In this document: one piece after another, positions 42,296 through 51,141 of the stretch | How the letters are laid out: the number at the start of each line of letters is the position of its first letter | Numbering within the stretch: the stretch's first letter is position 1 | Assembly: GCA_021737905.1 (NCBI GenBank) | Contig: JAIPDA010000001.1 | Coordinates: forward strand, 1 to 51,141 | Length of the DNA stretch: 51,141 nucleotides | Direction of reading: 5' to 3' | DNA from: Rhodoferax sp. | GTDB taxonomy: Bacteria > Pseudomonadota > Gammaproteobacteria > Burkholderiales > Burkholderiaceae_C | Position numbers and translations under genes: made by a program | The notes under the pieces: generated by a model | What the model was told of the DNA's origin: nothing | The model's input: the letters and a program-made list of their open reading frames with translations, nothing else | Database searches by the model: none

Positions 42296-43515
42296 CAGCT
42301 GACTTGACCTAATTGAAAGATCGGCAGGTACATGGCCACGACGATACCGCCAATCAGCACGCCCAGGGTGACAATGATGAAAGGCTCGAGCAAACTGGCC
42401 AGCGAGGCCAGTTGCTGGTCGACCTCGTCTTCAAAAAAGCCCGCTGCTTTTGCCAGCATGTGGTCCAGCGCACCCGACTCTTCGCCAATGCTGCACATTT
42501 GCAGCAGCATGGCCGGGAAAACGGCCGATTCGGCCATGGCCCGGTTCAGGCTGACGCCATCAGAGACTTGTCGCTGAATGCCGGCCGTGGCCACGGCATA
42601 GACCGAGTTGCCGGCAGTGCCCGCCACAGCGTCCAGGGCATCCATCAAGGGCACGCCGGCGGCGAACATGGTGGACAAAGTGCGCGTCCAACGGGCGATG
42701 CAGGCTTTTTGCAGCAAAGGACCGAAGACCGGCAGACGGAGCAAGGCACGGTCCAGCTTGGCCTGCAGCAAAGCACTTTGTTGCCACGCCCGCCACAAAG
42801 TCCACAGCCCCAAACCCGACAGACCCAATACCAACCACCACCAGCGTACAAAAAATGCGCTTGTCTGCATGACCCATAGGGTTGGCGCGGGCAATTGCGC
42901 GCCGAAAGAAGCAAACACGCTTTCAAAGGCCGGGATGACAAAAATCATGATCACCGCCATCACCACCAAGGCCACCAACACAACGGCTGTCGGGTAAGTG
43001 AGTGCGGCTCGAAGCTTGGACTTCATGGCCTCTGTTTTTTCCAGATGTACTGCCAAGCGCTCCAGCAGCAAGTCCAGTCGGCCGGCAGCCTCACCGGCAG
43101 CCACCAGGCTGCAATAAAGCGGCGAGAAGTAAGGCGCATGTCGCCCCAGAGCCATACTCAGGGCAGCGCCGGTTTCTACATCTGCGCGAATGTTTGCCAG
43201 CAATCGGGCAAATCGTGGATTGCGTTGGCCGCGACCGAGCGCGTCAAAGCACTGCAGCAAAGGCACCCCCGCCTGCAACATGGTCGACAGCTGCCGGGTG
43301 AATAAAGCAATGTCCACTGGCTTGATCTCCGCACCCTTGGCTGGCGCTTGCCCGCTGACCTTGGATGTCTGTACACCTTGCCGGCGCAGCATGGCCATGA
43401 CCTGGTTTTCGCCGCCGGCACGCATAGAACCCTGCACCGGCAGGCCCTGGCGGTTGATGCCCTCCCATTCGAAGTTGCGCTCGACAGCCGGGCCGGTGTT
43501 CAGGTGAAAATTCAT
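42295..43515 (-). CDS. pilC: type IV pilus platform protein (GspF/PilC family)
   Basis: FTRQLSTMLQAGVPL, AGEAAG, IGEESGALD and AMYLPIF. Confidence 0.93.
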   Translation of the reverse strand: MNFHLNTGPAVERNFEWEGINRQGLPVQGSMRAGGENQVMAMLRRQGVQTSKVSGQAPAKGAEIKPVDIALFTRQLSTMLQAGVPLLQCFDALGRGQRNPRFARLLANIRADVETGAALSMALGRHAPYFSPLYCSLVAAGEAAGRLDLLLERLAVHLEKTEAMKSKLRAALTYPTAVVLVALVVMAVIMIFVIPAFESVFASFGAQLPAPTLWVMQTSAFFVRWWWLVLGLSGLGLWTLWRAWQQSALLQAKLDRALLRLPVFGPLLQKACIARWTRTLSTMFAAGVPLMDALDAVAGTAGNSVYAVATAGIQRQVSDGVSLNRAMAESAVFPAMLLQMCSIGEESGALDHMLAKAAGFFEDEVDQQLASLASLLEPFIIVTLGVLIGGIVVAMYLPIFQLGQVS

Positions 43516-43545
43516 GTGAGGTTCAGGCTCGCGTTTGACGGCGCA

Positions 43546-44772
43546 TCAGGCATTGGTGCAGCTGAGGATTTCTTGTAGCGAAGTCAGCCCGAGTTTAACT
43601 TTGCGCAGGCCCGATTGCCGCAAGGTATTGACACCCTCTAATTGAGCTTGGGCTGCAATCTCCGTGGCACTGCCGTCTCGCAATATGATGTGCTGGATTT
43701 CATCGCTCACGGGCATCACCTGGTGCACTCCCACGCGCCCTTTGTAGCCCCGGTTGCACGCCTGGCAGCCTTGCGCGCGGTAAGGCTGCCAACTGCCATC
43801 GAGTTCTGCCGCGGCAAAGCCGGCCTCAATCAAAGTTTGACGCGTCAAATCCTCGGGCACTTTGCATTGCGGGCACAGACAACGGGCCAGCCGCTGCGCA
43901 GTGATCAACATGATGCTGGATGCCACGTTGAAGGGCGCAATGCCCATGTTGCGCAAGCGGGTCAGGGTGGTCGGCGCGTCATTGGTGTGCAGCGTAGACA
44001 ACACCAGATGCCCGGTTTGCGCTGCCTTGATGGCAATGTCCGCAGTTTCAAGATCGCGAATCTCGCCCACCATGATGATGTCCGGATCCTGCCGCAAAAA
44101 AGCCCGCAGCGCCACCGCAAAATTAAGGCCGGCTTTGTCGTTGACATTGACTTGGTTGACCCCGGGCAGATTGATCTCGCTGGGGTCCTCTGCCGTTGAG
44201 ATGTTGACACCCGGCTGGTTCAACCAGTTCAGGCAGGTGTAAAGTGAAACCGTCTTTCCGCATCCTGTTGGCCCGGTTACCAGCACCATGCCTGTCGGCC
44301 TGCGCAAAGCGTCTAATAATCGTCCCTTTTCCTCGGGTTCCAGCCCCAGCGCGTCCATGCCCATTTGCGCAGCGCTCGGGTCAAGCACGCGGATCACAAT
44401 TTTTTCGCCAAACAACGTGGGTAAGGTGCTCACACGGAAATCAATCACCTGACCCGCACCCATGGTCAGCTTGATGCGGCCGTCTTGCGGCACGCGCTTT
44501 TCTGCAATGTCTAGCCGCGAGATCACCTTGATGCGCGAGGCCAGCGTGTCCTTCAGACCCAGCGGCGGGCTGGCAACTTCCCGCAGTTCGCCGTCGATAC
44601 GGAATCGAACCCTGTAATTGAACTCGTAGGGCTCGAAATGCAGGTCTGAAGCTCGCAAATCCACCGCTTGTTGCAGCATTTTTTGCAAAAACGTGACCGC
44701 CGAAGCCTCCTCGAGGCTGCTGCCACCCATGGCGCCTGCAGCGCGCTGCAAGCGAGCTTCAGCAGTGGCCAT
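43546..44772 (-). CDS. pilB: type IV pilus assembly ATPase, short form (408 aa)
   Basis: [13 protein letters not shown], Walker [33 protein letters not shown] and tetracysteine CPQC/CQAC. Confidence 0.9.
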   Translation of the reverse strand: MATAEARLQRAAGAMGGSSLEEASAVTFLQKMLQQAVDLRASDLHFEPYEFNYRVRFRIDGELREVASPPLGLKDTLASRIKVISRLDIAEKRVPQDGRIKLTMGAGQVIDFRVSTLPTLFGEKIVIRVLDPSAAQMGMDALGLEPEEKGRLLDALRRPTGMVLVTGPTGCGKTVSLYTCLNWLNQPGVNISTAEDPSEINLPGVNQVNVNDKAGLNFAVALRAFLRQDPDIIMVGEIRDLETADIAIKAAQTGHLVLSTLHTNDAPTTLTRLRNMGIAPFNVASSIMLITAQRLARCLCPQCKVPEDLTRQTLIEAGFAAAELDGSWQPYRAQGCQACNRGYKGRVGVHQVMPVSDEIQHIILRDGSATEIAAQAQLEGVNTLRQSGLRKVKLGLTSLQEILSCTNA

Positions 44773-44907
44773 GGCAAGGAATTGATTTCATGCACGCATC
44801 ATCACCGGCAGCGCACAAAAAGTAAATCTAAAATATTATATTTATTGGCTTGTGGGTAATGCCTTTTCGCCCGCCGACGGCCCACCGCAGAACGGCCAGC
44901 GCCATTG

Positions 44908-44932
44908 AAAAAGCCCACGCAGGCGTGGGCTT
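44908..44932 (-). terminator. intrinsic terminator downstream of hns
   Basis: Stem GCCCACG/CGTGGGC with a 4-nt loop, followed by TTTTT on the minus strand. Confidence 0.75.
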
Positions 44933-44973
44933 GGTCAGAAACAGGCGAGAGTAACTCGCCGGTGATCAGGGCA

Positions 44974-45267
44974 TCAGGCGATCAGGAAGTCAGCCTTGTT
45001 CTTGCCGGCCAGCCATTTAGGCGCCAGGCCGCGACCGCTCCATGTACTACCTGTCAAAGGATCGCGGTACTTGGCTGCGACTTTACCGGTCTTCTTGGCG
45101 CCGGCCTTGGCTTTGCCACCGGGAAACACATCGCTGGCTTTGAGCTGATACTCTTCTACAAGCGCGCGGACCTTGGAAATCGCTTCGCCTACTTCTTTTT
45201 GACGCACTTCCGAAACCTGGTTTTGAAGTGTTTCAATTTGGTTCAGCAGATCTTTCAGTGAGCTCAT
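44974..45267 (-). CDS. hns: H-NS family nucleoid-associated protein
   Basis: Coiled-coil N-terminus and C-terminal AKYRDPLTGSTWSGRGLAPKWL; GGAAA and AT-rich DNA upstream. Confidence 0.9.
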   Translation of the reverse strand: MSSLKDLLNQIETLQNQVSEVRQKEVGEAISKVRALVEEYQLKASDVFPGGKAKAGAKKTGKVAAKYRDPLTGSTWSGRGLAPKWLAGKNKADFLIA

Positions 45268-45525
45268 CAATATTTCCTTTGTAAAAGCAATATTCTAACA
45301 TATTAAAATATTTATTCAGCAATCTAAATTAAGCCCCAGATACTTGCCGATATGGCCAATATTCATGGCGTTTTAATAAAAATACTATGGCCAATCTTGA
45401 TGCCCAGCGCATGAAGAATGAGTTAGACAGAAAAAGACTTGAAAAACTGCTCCGTTAGGAGCCTTGCCGCTTGCGCCTTGACATAACTACTTTGGCTTCA
45501 TCCAAAGCAGTTTATCGCGTGCCGG

Positions 45526-46509
45526 CTAGGCCCGGCGGTTCAACAGCTGTGCGGCCAGCTGCATCAAAGCCTGACGGTAGGCCGTGTCTGGCAAGATGCT
45601 GAGCGCATCGACCGCAATCTGCGCCTGCACTGCGGCCGTGGCCAATGTAGCCTCGAGGGCGCCGGTGCGTTGGACAATGGCCAGAATGTCCACCATTTTG
45701 CTGGTGTCGCCTGTTTCGATGGCCTGCTGCAAGGTTTGTCGCTCCACCTCGGTGCCACGCTGCATGGCAATGATCAAGGGCAAAGTCACTTTGCCTTCGC
45801 GCAGGTCATCCCCCAGGTTTTTACCCATCTCTGAGACATCACCGTCGTAATCGAGCACATCGTCAATCACCTGAAAAGCGGTTCCCAGCGCCTGGCCATA
45901 GTCGGCACAAGCTGCCTCCACCTCTGGCGAAGACAGGGCCAGCAAGGCGGCCAATCTGGCGCTGGCCTCAAACAATTTGGCGGTTTTAGAGCGAATCACG
46001 CGCACATACTCGTCTTCGGACAAGCCGGCATCGTGCATATTCATCAGCTGCTGTACTTCCCCCTCGGCGATCACATTGGTCGCTTCTGCCAGGGTGCGCA
46101 TGATGCGCATGTCCCCCGCGTCGACCATCATCTGAAAAGCGCGGGAGTAGAGAAAATCACCCACCAAGACACTGGCCGGGTTCCCAAAAGCCTCGTTGGC
46201 CGTTTCACGACCGCGCCGGAGTGTCGATTCATCGACCACATCGTCGTGCAGCAAGGTGGCCGTGTGTATGAACTCCACCACAGCGGCCAGATTGAATCGC
46301 TGCTCGCCTTTGTAGCCGAGCGCACCACACATCAGCAGCAGCAGGGCCGGACGCAGACGTTTGCCACCGGCAGCGACGATGTAGCGCGAAATCTGGCCGA
46401 TCAAGGCCACTTCCGAGCTCAAGCGGCGCTCAATCACAGCGTCCATACCCCGCATGTTGTCGTCAATGAGGGCCAAAGCGGCTGCGGTGCTAGAAGAATG
46501 AAGAGACAA
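45526..46509 (-). CDS. ispB: octaprenyl diphosphate synthase
   Basis: GGKRLRP, LLHDDVVD, SKTA, FQVIDDVLD and GDDLREGK; divergent from rplU. Start uncertain. Confidence 0.92.
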   Translation of the reverse strand: MSLHSSSTAAALALIDDNMRGMDAVIERRLSSEVALIGQISRYIVAAGGKRLRPALLLLMCGALGYKGEQRFNLAAVVEFIHTATLLHDDVVDESTLRRGRETANEAFGNPASVLVGDFLYSRAFQMMVDAGDMRIMRTLAEATNVIAEGEVQQLMNMHDAGLSEDEYVRVIRSKTAKLFEASARLAALLALSSPEVEAACADYGQALGTAFQVIDDVLDYDGDVSEMGKNLGDDLREGKVTLPLIIAMQRGTEVERQTLQQAIETGDTSKMVDILAIVQRTGALEATLATAAVQAQIAVDALSILPDTAYRQALMQLAAQLLNRRA

Positions 46510-46622
46510 GGAGGTTCCAAGGCAGGTTTGGAATGATTATAGGAAGGCCCGGACAGCCGGGGCAGTCCCGGGCCGGCTCAGCCCGCTCAGCAGGGGCCGA
46601 AAAAGCAGCCCGAACAGGGGGG

Positions 46623-46652
46623 TCGACAAGTTCAAGGGACAGGGGCTATAAT
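46623..46652 (+). promoter_or_regulatory. sigma70 promoter of rplU-rpmA
   Basis: TCGACA (46623-46628), 18-nt spacer, TATAAT (46647-46652). Confidence 0.65.
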
Positions 46653-46702
46653 CGAGGGCTCTGCGGAAATCCGTCTGCAGAACTCAATAGACGAGGTCTT
46701 AC

Positions 46703-47014
46703 ATGTACGCGGTCATAAAAACCGGTGGCAAACAATACAAAGTTGCTACGGGTGAAAAAATTAAAGTAGAACAGATTGCTGCGGACGTAGGCCAAGAGAT
46801 TGTTATCGACCAGGTATTGGCTGTCGGCACCGGCAGTGATATCAAGGTGGGTACGCCCTTGGTGTCCGGTGCAACAGTCACAGTCACGGTTCTTGCCCAT
46901 GGTCGGCACGACAAAGTGCGCATCTTCAAAATGCGCCGTCGTAAGCACTACCAAAAGCGCCAGGGCCATCGGCAAAATTTCACTGAATTGCAAATCGGCA
47001 ATATTGCCGGTTAA
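46703..47014 (+). CDS. rplU: 50S ribosomal protein L21
   Basis: [12 protein letters not shown]...[14 protein letters not shown]. Confidence 0.98.
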   Translation: MYAVIKTGGKQYKVATGEKIKVEQIAADVGQEIVIDQVLAVGTGSDIKVGTPLVSGATVTVTVLAHGRHDKVRIFKMRRRKHYQKRQGHRQNFTELQIGNIAG

Positions 47015-47038
47015 GCAAGACACCAGGAGTAACGGGAA

Positions 47039-47296
47039 ATGGCACAGAAAAAAGGCGGCGGCTCTACGCGAAACGGGCGCGATTCGCAGCCCAAAATGTT
47101 GGGTGTCAAAAAGTTTGGCGGCGAAGTGATCAACGCAGGCAGCATCATTGTTCGCCAGCGTGGCACCAAGTTCCATCCGGGCGCCAATGTCGGCATCGGC
47201 AAGGATCACACATTGTTTGCACTGGTTGACGGTCACGTGTCTTTCGCCATCAAAGGTGCTTTGAACAAGCAAACCGTCAACGTGACACCGGCCTAA
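47039..47296 (+). CDS. rpmA: 50S ribosomal protein L27
   Basis: [16 protein letters not shown]...IIVRQRGTK. Confidence 0.98.
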   Translation: MAQKKGGGSTRNGRDSQPKMLGVKKFGGEVINAGSIIVRQRGTKFHPGANVGIGKDHTLFALVDGHVSFAIKGALNKQTVNVTPA

Positions 47297-47319
47297 AGCG
47301 GTTCACTTCGATGGCATCG

Positions 47320-47348
47320 AAGCCCCGCCTGCCGGGGCTTTTTTGTTT
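47320..47348 (+). terminator. intrinsic terminator after rpmA
   Basis: AAGCCCCG-cctgc-CGGGGCTT followed by TTTTGTTT. Confidence 0.8.
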
Positions 47349-47431
47349 CTGAATGCGCCTGTCCGGGCCTCTCTTGATTTTGTAAACTCGTAACGCACGC
47401 CAGCAGCCTCCGCAAGATCGGGTAACTCACC

Positions 47432-48514
47432 ATGAAATTTGTTGACGAAGCATACATAGACATCGCCGCTGGCGATGGCGGCAATGGCTGCGTCTCTTTT
47501 CGTCATGAGAAGTACAAAGAGTTCGGCGGCCCGAACGGCGGCGACGGTGGCCGGGGCGGGCATATTTATGCCGTGGCCGACATCAACCTGAACACCCTGG
47601 TTGATTTCCGCTTTTCCCGGCGGCATGACGCCCGCAATGGCGAGCACGGCAAAGGCTCGGACATGTTTGGCGCCAAGGGGGACGACATCATCCTGAAAAT
47701 GCCGGTGGGCACCATCCTGACTGACGCCGAGTCGGGAGACATTTTGTTCGAACTGCTGGTGCCGGGTGAAGAAATATTGATAGCCAAAGGCGGCGATGGC
47801 GGCTTTGGTAACCTGCGCTTTAAGAGCTCGACCAACCGTGCACCGCGCACCAAAACACCGGGATGGCCCGGTGAAAAGAAAAGCCTGAAACTCGAATTGA
47901 AAGTGCTGGCCGACGTTGGTCTGCTGGGCATGCCCAATGCCGGCAAATCGACCTTCATCACCGCCGTCTCGAACGCCCGCCCGCGCATCGCCGACTACCC
48001 TTTCACCACGCTGCACCCCAATCTGGGCGTGGTGCGGGTTGGCCCTGAGCAAAGCTTTGTGGTTGCTGACCTGCCCGGTTTGATCGAAGGCGCATCCGAA
48101 GGTGCCGGACTCGGTCACCTGTTCTTGCGGCACTTGCAACGCACGCGATTGCTTTTGCACATTGTGGACATGGCGCCGTTTGACGACAGCATTGATCCGG
48201 TCAAGCAGGCCAAGGCCATCGTGGGCGAACTCAAAAAATACGACGAAGGTCTGTTCGACAAGCCGCGCTGGCTGGTCCTGAACAAACTGGACATGGTCGA
48301 GCCCGATAAGCGGGCAGCCCTGGTCAAGGACTTCGTCAAACGTTTCAAATTCAAAGGCCCGGTGTTCGAGATTTCTGCCCTCACACGCGAAGGCTGTGAG
48401 CAGCTCGTCAAAGCCATCTACCAGCACGTCAAATCGGTGCAAAAAAGCGAACAAGTCCCTGAAGAGGTCGACCCGCGCTTTGCGCCTGCGCCCGTCGCGG
48501 GCCTGGACGACTGA
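47432..48514 (+). CDS. obgE: Obg family GTPase
   Basis: Gly-rich Obg fold, [22 protein letters not shown] and ISA. Confidence 0.97.
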   Translation: MKFVDEAYIDIAAGDGGNGCVSFRHEKYKEFGGPNGGDGGRGGHIYAVADINLNTLVDFRFSRRHDARNGEHGKGSDMFGAKGDDIILKMPVGTILTDAESGDILFELLVPGEEILIAKGGDGGFGNLRFKSSTNRAPRTKTPGWPGEKKSLKLELKVLADVGLLGMPNAGKSTFITAVSNARPRIADYPFTTLHPNLGVVRVGPEQSFVVADLPGLIEGASEGAGLGHLFLRHLQRTRLLLHIVDMAPFDDSIDPVKQAKAIVGELKKYDEGLFDKPRWLVLNKLDMVEPDKRAALVKDFVKRFKFKGPVFEISALTREGCEQLVKAIYQHVKSVQKSEQVPEEVDPRFAPAPVAGLDD

Positions 48515-48529
48515 CCTGCTCAGAGCCTC

Positions 48530-49669
48530 ATGACCACGACCACCACTTTGTCGCCCGTTTTAGTCAATGCCAGACGCATCGTCGTCAAGGTGGGCTCCAG
48601 CCTGGTCACGGACGAGGGGCGCGGCCTGGATGCCGAGGCCATTGGCCTGTGGTGCAGCCAACTGGCGCAACTGGTGCAAGACGGCCGCGAGGTCATCATG
48701 GTCAGCAGCGGTGCGATTGCCGAAGGCATGAAGCGGCTGGGCTGGGCATCGCGACCCAAAGCCATTCATGAACTCCAGGCCGCCGCAGCCGTCGGTCAGA
48801 TGGGCTTGGTACAAGTCTATGAAAGCAAGCTGCGCGAGCGTGGCATTGGCAGCGCTCAAGTCTTGCTAACCCACGCCGACCTGGCTGATCGCGAACGCTA
48901 CCTGAATGCCCGCTCCACGCTGCTGACGCTGATTCAGCTGGGGGTGGTGCCGGTGATCAATGAAAACGACACCGTCGTCAATGACGAGATCAAGTTCGGC
49001 GACAACGACACACTGGGTGCCTTGGTCGCCAACCTGGTGGAAGCCGATCTGCTCATCATCCTGACAGACCAAAAAGGCTTGTTCACGGCCGACCCGCGCA
49101 AAGACCCCCTGGCCACGCTGGTTCAAGAGGCGCAAGCCGGCGACCCGGCCCTTGAAGCGATGGCCGGCGGTGCCGGCTCCAGCATCGGCAGGGGCGGCAT
49201 GCTGACCAAAATTCTGGCCGCCAAACGGGCCGCCGGCTCGGGCGCCTCCACCGTCATTGCCTGGGGCCGCGAGCCCGACGCGCTGGTGCGCCTGTCGCGG
49301 GGAGAGGCCATTGGAACGCTGCTGGTGGCTCAGACGGCCAAAAATCAAGCGCGTAAGCAATGGATAGCCGATCATCTGCAAATGCGCGGCTCGGTGATGG
49401 TCGATGCCGGCGCTGTGGTCAAGGTGCGCGACGACGGCAAAAGCCTGCTTCCCATTGGAATGACCGCTGTGCAAGGCGAGTTCTCACGCGGCGATGTGAT
49501 TGCTGTAAGAGACGATACGGGTCTTGAGATTGCCCGGGGCCTGGCCAACTACACCAGCGCTGAAGCCAGACTGATTTGCGGCAAGTCTTCGGCAGAATTT
49601 GAGCGCTTGCTGGGCTACACGGGCGAGCCGGAAATGGTTCACCGGACCAACCTGGTGCTCAGCCGCTAA
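48530..49669 (+). CDS. proB: glutamate 5-kinase
   Basis: [32 protein letters not shown] and a C-terminal PUA domain. Confidence 0.97.
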   Translation: MTTTTTLSPVLVNARRIVVKVGSSLVTDEGRGLDAEAIGLWCSQLAQLVQDGREVIMVSSGAIAEGMKRLGWASRPKAIHELQAAAAVGQMGLVQVYESKLRERGIGSAQVLLTHADLADRERYLNARSTLLTLIQLGVVPVINENDTVVNDEIKFGDNDTLGALVANLVEADLLIILTDQKGLFTADPRKDPLATLVQEAQAGDPALEAMAGGAGSSIGRGGMLTKILAAKRAAGSGASTVIAWGREPDALVRLSRGEAIGTLLVAQTAKNQARKQWIADHLQMRGSVMVDAGAVVKVRDDGKSLLPIGMTAVQGEFSRGDVIAVRDDTGLEIARGLANYTSAEARLICGKSSAEFERLLGYTGEPEMVHRTNLVLSR

Positions 49670-49683
49670 TTGGCGCCCGGGCC

Positions 49684-50358
49684 TCAGGGCTTGTCGTCGC
49701 TGGCCGGCTCAAAATTGGTGTGCGGATCGGGGTCAAAACTGGCGCCGGGTGGTAACTCCATGGCGGTAAAAGGGCTGCGCAGCGGCGACTCAACACCCGT
49801 GTTATGGCCGTTGCCCTCACGCGCTCTCGGGCCAGTGCGTGCATAGCGACCGCGTTGATCGGCACGTAAGTCGGCCCGCGCATCCAGACGGGGTACAAAG
49901 CGCGAGAGCTCGGTCAGCGCCATTTCATAGACTCCGCGCTTGAATTCCACCACCACATCGAGCGGTACCCAGTACTCGTTCCAGCGCCAGGCATCGAACT
50001 CGGGGTGGTCGGTAGCGCGCAGGTTCAAGTCCCAGTCGTGGCCAACCAGTTGCAGCAAAAACCAGATTTGCTTCTGGCCCTTGTAATGTCCACGCGCATC
50101 ACGGCGGATAAACCGGTCAGGCACCTCGTAGCGCAACCAGTCACGGGTCCGGGCAAGCACCTGCACATGCTGCGGATGCAGCCCCACCTCTTCGTGCAAT
50201 TCGCGAAACATGGCTTGCTCGGGAGTTTCGCCCCGGTCGATGCCGCCTTGCGGGAATTGCCAAGAGTGGGTGCGGATACGCTTGCCCCAAAACACCTGAC
50301 TCTTCTGGTTGAGCAAGATGATCCCGACGTTAGGCCTGAAGCCATCGCGGTCGAGCAT
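49684..50358 (-). CDS. rppH: RNA pyrophosphohydrolase
   Basis: [16 protein letters not shown], Nudix RELHEEVG and GQKQIWF; C-terminal extension. Confidence 0.96.
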   Translation of the reverse strand: MLDRDGFRPNVGIILLNQKSQVFWGKRIRTHSWQFPQGGIDRGETPEQAMFRELHEEVGLHPQHVQVLARTRDWLRYEVPDRFIRRDARGHYKGQKQIWFLLQLVGHDWDLNLRATDHPEFDAWRWNEYWVPLDVVVEFKRGVYEMALTELSRFVPRLDARADLRADQRGRYARTGPRAREGNGHNTGVESPLRSPFTAMELPPGASFDPDPHTNFEPASDDKP

Positions 50359-50463
50359 AATCAAACCTCAAATTTTTTAAACTGAGCCCATTATGCACAG
50401 CACAAGCCCGAGCGCCAAGTCTGCTGCCGGCCGCAGTCGTCCACCTCTGGAAAACATACCCGC

Positions 50464-51141
50464 ATGAAAGCTTCGCAGTTCTTCATTTCCACGCTCAAAG
50501 AAGCACCCGCCGACGCCGAAGTCGTCAGCCATCAACTCATGATGCGCGCCGGCATGATCAAAAAGCTGGGTGCCGGCATTTACAACTACATGCCCATGGG
50601 CCTGCGCGTGATCCGCAAAGTCGAAGCCATTGTGCGCGAAGAAATGAACCGCGCCGGCGCCATTGAAATGACCATGCCGGTGATTCAGCCGGCCGAGCTC
50701 TGGCAGGAAACCGGCCGTTTCGAGAAGATGGGCCCCGAGTTGCTGCGCATCCAGGACCGCCATGGCCGCGATTTCGTGGTGCAACCTACCAGTGAAGAAG
50801 TCATCACCGATGTGGTGCGTCAGGACATCCGCAGCTACAAGCAGTTGCCCAAGAATTTTTACCAGATCCAGACCAAGTTCCGAGACGAACGCCGGCCGCG
50901 TTTTGGCCTGATGCGCGGGCGCGAATTCATCATGAAGGACGCCTACAGCTTTGACCGCGACCAGACCGCCGCCAAAGCCAGCTACCAGGTGATGGCGGCC
51001 GCCTACCGTAAAATTTTTGACCGCTTCGGGCTGCGTTACCGCGCCGTGGCCGCCGACAGCGGCGCCATCGGCGGCGACCTGAGCGAAGAGTTCCAGGTGA
51101 TCGCCGCCACCGGCGAAGACGCCATCGTCTACTGCCCGGGC
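50464..51141 (+). CDS. proS: proline--tRNA ligase (5' part, runs off the window)
   Basis: Read by hand from ATG 50464: [30 protein letters not shown]...[25 protein letters not shown]. Confidence 0.96.
   Translation, partial: MKASQFFISTLKEAPADAEVVSHQLMMRAGMIKKLGAGIYNYMPMGLRVIRKVEAIVREEMNRAGAIEMTMPVIQPAELWQETGRFEKMGPELLRIQDRHGRDFVVQPTSEEVITDVVRQDIRSYKQLPKNFYQIQTKFRDERRPRFGLMRGREFIMKDAYSFDRDQTAAKASYQVMAAAYRKIFDRFGLRYRAVAADSGAIGGDLSEEFQVIAATGEDAIVYCPG

Noticed and set aside
45271-45525. Possible tRNA gene or integration site downstream of ispB
   Set aside because: No cloverleaf, T-loop GTTC motif or integrase is visible; only short hairpins (45449-45462, 45490-45507).
49684-49900. C-terminal extension of RppH with a RADL/RADQ mini-repeat
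   Set aside because: As I recall, such extensions ending in ELPPG..F.PDP are usual in this family, and the repeat is too short to be meaningful.

Overview
GC-rich betaproteobacterial chromosome segment. Gene order and protein style suggest Comamonadaceae (Rhodoferax/Polaromonas-like); this is an inference. It is almost all housekeeping genes. Left end: a formate-dehydrogenase-type accessory block (4Fe-4S protein, DUF3306, DUF3305) preceded by a GMC oxidoreductase, garD and apbC. Then metG, a small lipoprotein, SulP, DUF3460, scpA and panC; rhodanese-grxC-secB-gpsA; and gpmA-S41 protease-moeB. A ~16 kb minus-strand run follows: FAD/Fe-S oxidoreductase, DUF971, ubiE, Tim44, ubiJ-like, ubiB, FmdB-like, DUF502, aspS, nudB, clsB, folE, BLUF, DUF429 and a thermonuclease. 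The rest is ugpQ, hemA-prfA-prmC-grxD, pilB-pilC-pilD-coaE-zapD-yacG, hns, ispB, rplU-rpmA-obgE-proB, rppH and the 5' part of proS. I saw no tRNA/rRNA, CRISPR array, transposase or prophage, and no clear-cut new multi-gene system. Best leads: (i) a 54-nt REP-like palindrome translated in frame inside metG; (ii) a folE-BLUF-DUF429-nuclease module that may be light-linked; (iii) a PilB lacking its N-terminal domain beside an AT-rich hns locus; (iv) small cis-elements (Fur-like box and mini-ORF before ubiE, apparently leaderless hemA, alternative hairpins before prfA). Family names come from motif recognition, not from database searches.
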